NCBI RefSeq assembly: GCF_037042905.1
Contig: NC_087263.1
Coordinates: forward strand, 12,588,001-12,652,000
Length of the DNA stretch: 64,000 nt
Direction: 5' to 3'
Origin: Lytechinus pictus
Taxonomy: Eukaryota
Shown: one piece after another, positions 60,745-64,000 of the stretch
Layout: each line of letters starts with the position of its first letter
Numbering within the stretch: position 1 is the first letter of the stretch
Position numbers and translations under genes: made by a program
The notes under the pieces: generated by a model
Told to the model about the DNA's origin: nothing
The model's input: only the letters and a program-made list of their open reading frames with translations
The model's database searches: none

Positions 60745-61600
60745 TCAGATTTTTTGCTTGCCCAAGCACAATCTCCATGTCCTGGGAAGTATAACAGCAA
60801 TTTTGATTCCTAAATCAATATGGGTGGAGATTCCATATAGCTCTTATTGGGACAGTGTCACTACGTAATTTTCAGATATACATAATAAATCCTTATCATT
60901 TGATTCTTGCTTGCCCGCACACATTCTTCACTCCCTGGGGAGTATTAAAATAATTCAGGTCAATCCACTTCATAATCTAACATTGGTGGACATTGTGTAG
61001 AGATTCATATTATAAAGATAGTCATCAGATTCTCGCTTGTTCCCACACAATCCACTCCCTGAGGAGTATTATAGTAATTAAAGTCTAGTCATTACAAGTC
61101 CTAAGCAAGCATGGATTGAGGTATTTATGAATGACATTTCCCTTGCCTATAACAATATCCACTCCCTGGGGAGTATTTAGTAATTCAAGTCTAGTCACTC
61201 CAAGTGCTAAGCAAGCATGGATTGAGGTTTTTGTGAATTATATTTCCCTTGCCTACAATATCCACTCCCTGGGGTTTATTTTAATTCAAGTCTAGTCACC
61301 CCAAGTGCAAAGCAAGCTTGGATTGAGGTTTTTATGAATGACATTTTCCTTGCCTACACACAATATGCACTCACTGGGGAATATTATAGTAATTCAAGTC
61401 TAGCCACTCCAAGTGCTAAGCAAGCACAGATTTAGGTTTTTATGAATGACATTTTCCTTGCCTACAATATCCACTTCATGGGGAGTATTATAGTAATTCA
61501 AGTCTAGTCACTCCAAGTGCTAAGCAAGCACGGATTGAGGTTTTATGAATGACATTTTCCTTGCTTACACCAATATCCACTCCTTGGGGAGTCTTGCAGC
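60745..61600. repeat. ~105-bp degenerate tandem repeat in a JIP1-like intron
   Basis: TCCACTCCCTGGGGAGTATT...CAAGTCTAGTCACTCCAAGTGCTAAGCAAGC recurs about 5 times, plus diverged upstream copies. Confidence 0.85.
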
Positions 61601-61659
61601 AAGTGATTGGTAGTGAATGAACCTCTAAAAAGCTATTGTCTTTTCCTTTGCTTGGGCAG

Positions 61660-61756
61660 GAAAACGAACACAATTCAGGTCAAAGATCGGGAGAGCGAAG
61701 AAGAAAGTCAAGAAGAAAAGGACGGAAGCTACCACAGATGCCAACTCAAGTTCCAG
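61660..61756 (+). CDS. MAPK8IP1: JIP1/MAPK8IP1-like gene, exon 4
   Basis: GGCAG| acceptor and G|GTTAGT donor, 97 nt. ENEHNSGQRSGERRRKSRRKGRKLPQMPTQVP contains RKLPQMP, resembling the Aplip1 RRRRKLPEIP motif. Confidence 0.72.
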
Positions 61757-62435
61757 GTTAGTTGATTAAAGTCTTGTAAATCACTGGATTTTTCTTTAAG
61801 TCAAGAGGCACTGGCATAAATTTGGGCTACCATATTTGATTTATGCATATTTGTGTTATTTATTGATACATTTGCAAGTATGGATGGTTCAAGTATGAAA
61901 GCATTGGTCGGGTTATTAAGCATCTTGCACTATATGTAGAGTGTTACTTATGTTATACATGTATTAATCAAGGTCATCATATTAAAAAAAAAAATTGTTG
62001 TTGTTGACTGTTTTAAAGTACATTTTTTTATTGAATACATTTTTTTATGTATATATATATATAAATCTATATTTATTTTGTAAATTGGAAAACATATTTT
62101 TTAATATTTGTATATGCATTTTTATGCGAATAAAGAAGACTTTGAATTGAATTGAATTGAATAATATTGATATTACACAATTAAGTTTAAAGGAAAGTCA
62201 TCAATTGATACTAATGTTAATATTACACCACAAAGTTTGAAAGTATCATTATGTGGAATGACATCTTGGATTGATATTCATGTTGGTGTTGCAAAGTGAA
62301 GTGTACTAAGTTTTAGTTGTAAAGCAAATCATTGTATTGATAGTGATAGTACATAGCTAAATTTTAAATTATTAGTATAGAGAGAAAAATATTGGTGTGA
62401 CTTCATTGAGATGTGTATTGATATCACACGATAGT

Positions 62436-62730
62436 GGAGCGTTGTGGCCCAGTGGATTAGTCTCCGGACTTTGAAACAAAGGGTCGTGGGTTCAAATCCC
62501 AGCCATGGCGTAATTTCCTTCAGCAAGGAATTCATCCACAGTGTGCTGCACTCGACCCAGGAGAGGTAAATGGGTACTGGCAGGAAGTGGTTCCTCACAA
62601 AGCTGTGTGCACCTGAATAGGTAGACTAGCTTAGCCGGGTAATAATAATAGCAGGGCCCGCTGGGAGAACATTTTTCGGAACTGAAGTGGTTACCCTGGG
62701 TAAATATACCATTATTATTAATGTTATTAT
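62436..62730 (+). mobile_element. Full-length tRNA-derived SINE (Meta-domain-like core)
   Basis: A-box TGGCCCAGTGG, B-box GGTTCAAATCC, core CTCGACCCAGGAGAGGTAAATGGGTAC and an (ATT)n tail. Confidence 0.8.
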
Positions 62731-62843
62731 GATAAGTTTTATAAAGTGTTATAAGGAAAGTCATCGATTTGATTTTAATATTGTCATTACACTGTGAGGT
62801 TTTACACTTAATATAATAATGAGCTGATATCGATATCACACAG

Positions 62844-62981
62844 CCAACCTCCAAGCCGAACTACTTGCCGCCGAACAGAGGCCTCTTGCCTCACCGACCG
62901 ACGATTCTCAGTCACCAACGGACAACTGTCAACCCCAGTCATCGCCCTCACCAGTAACATCCCCAGACACACCAGGAAAAG
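62844..62981 (+). CDS. MAPK8IP1: JIP1/MAPK8IP1-like gene, exon 5; gene continues beyond the right edge
   Basis: CACAG| acceptor and G|GTAATC donor, 138 nt, phase 1->1. Encodes ANLQAELLAAEQRPLASPTDDSQSPTDNCQPQSSPSPVTSPDTPGK. The SH3/PTB domains are not in the window. Confidence 0.68.
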
Positions 62982-63159
62982 GTAATCTATGCATTTGCAG
63001 CAAACAATTATTTCATGAGAAAGTCTTTGAAAATCAAGGTTAATTGTTTACCCTATTATCCTAGATCTAGGTCTTGTACATTATTCCATAAACTTATTGA
63101 AAATCCATATTTTATTGTTTGAAAGAAATCAGAAACAGAAATCTTCCAAAAATTGGTTT

Positions 63160-63350
63160 TGCCCAATTGATCGTGGACCTGGCAGCCACTGTGCAGCGCC
63201 AGATTGACGTAACTCTATCCCTTGTATTGTTGAATGCCAAACAGGGTAGCAGCAACTCCCATCTTTTAACGACTTTTGGTCTGACACGGCCTGGGTTTGA
63301 ACTCCCAACCTCCCTGTTGTACGCTCTACCAATTGAGCCAACACACCGGT
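63160..63350 (-). mobile_element. tRNA-derived SINE fragment (third family)
   Basis: Minus strand shows A-box TGGCTCAATTGG, B-box AGTTCAAACC, then GTCAGACCAAAAGTCGTTAAAAGATGGGAGTTGCTGCT. Confidence 0.7.
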
Positions 63351-64000
63351 AAAAAAAAAATTATGAAATCTTCGTTCAAAACTGCCAGCACATGTGATCA
63401 CTAACAAAAAAAAAGCATATGTGGGACTTTGTATTAAAATGTTGCTTGGAAAAATACCTAACATTTGATGAAATTACTTGTTTCATTTGCTCATTCCTCA
63501 GCAATTACACATTCTCTTCCAGAGCCATTTGTCACATTATGACATATACATAAAAAACACTTGGGTGGTCATTTTATTGGATTCTCTTGGAACTCATTTT
63601 GAGATTGTTACCAAAGCTGGCATTTCTCTATGCAATGCGATTCCACAAAGATCCAATTGCAACAAGTTGCCAATCGCAGCACGGTGCAGTCGCATCGCAG
63701 GCCAGCGCACACATTGCAACAGCTCTGCATCTCCATGGCTCCTCCTCTGAGGCATATGCTGTCTGCGCTGCAGCAGGAAAGCAAATTGGTTATGAAATCA
63801 TTGTGTTAGACAAATCTGATCGTCTCAAATAAAAAAAAAGGTAAAAAAATGGCAGAAAGATTTGACATGTCAAATGTCTGAGATTTGGTCTGATTCTTCT
63901 GCATTATATCTGACCACAGTTGCTGTGCATTGCAGGTCAGCGCACACTCTGTGATTTTGTTGCAATCAGTAAAAACACTATAAATCCAGCTAATTTTATC

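Overview
AT-rich, intron- and repeat-rich animal genomic DNA. It is probably an echinoderm such as a sea urchin; this is inferred from the repeat families and gene structure, not proven. Three spliced host genes can be reconstructed by hand. (1) The 5' four coding exons of AMN1 (minus strand, 9583->2024), continuing off the left edge. (2) A complete six-exon, 483-aa divergent cation-type Cys-loop (nAChR-like) receptor subunit (minus strand, 42514->37798) that lacks the canonical acetylcholine-binding residues. (3) The 5' part of a probable JIP1/MAPK8IP1 (Aplip1-like) gene (plus strand, from 55250) with two alternative first exons. Between AMN1 and the receptor gene lies a dense transposon stack. 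It includes an ~18-kb foldback structure (11320-29403) whose inverted arms are arrays of a 181/191-bp satellite, with a 10-mer higher-order repeat in the left arm and an almost invariant right arm. It also includes a Transib element (30723-36923) with V(D)J-RSS-like ends, a 5-bp TSD and a decayed transposase C-terminus, which hosts a 4.2-kb palindromic Academ-like element with ~183-bp subrepeats. The window also holds a CR1-type LINE with an intact 987-aa ORF2, hAT/Harbinger/Kolobok/Tc1 MITEs, tRNA-derived SINEs, minisatellites, an inverted copy of the receptor's signal-peptide exon and clusters of TA-N4-TA palindromic octamers that look like transposon excision footprints. All alignments and family assignments were made by eye; no database search was run.
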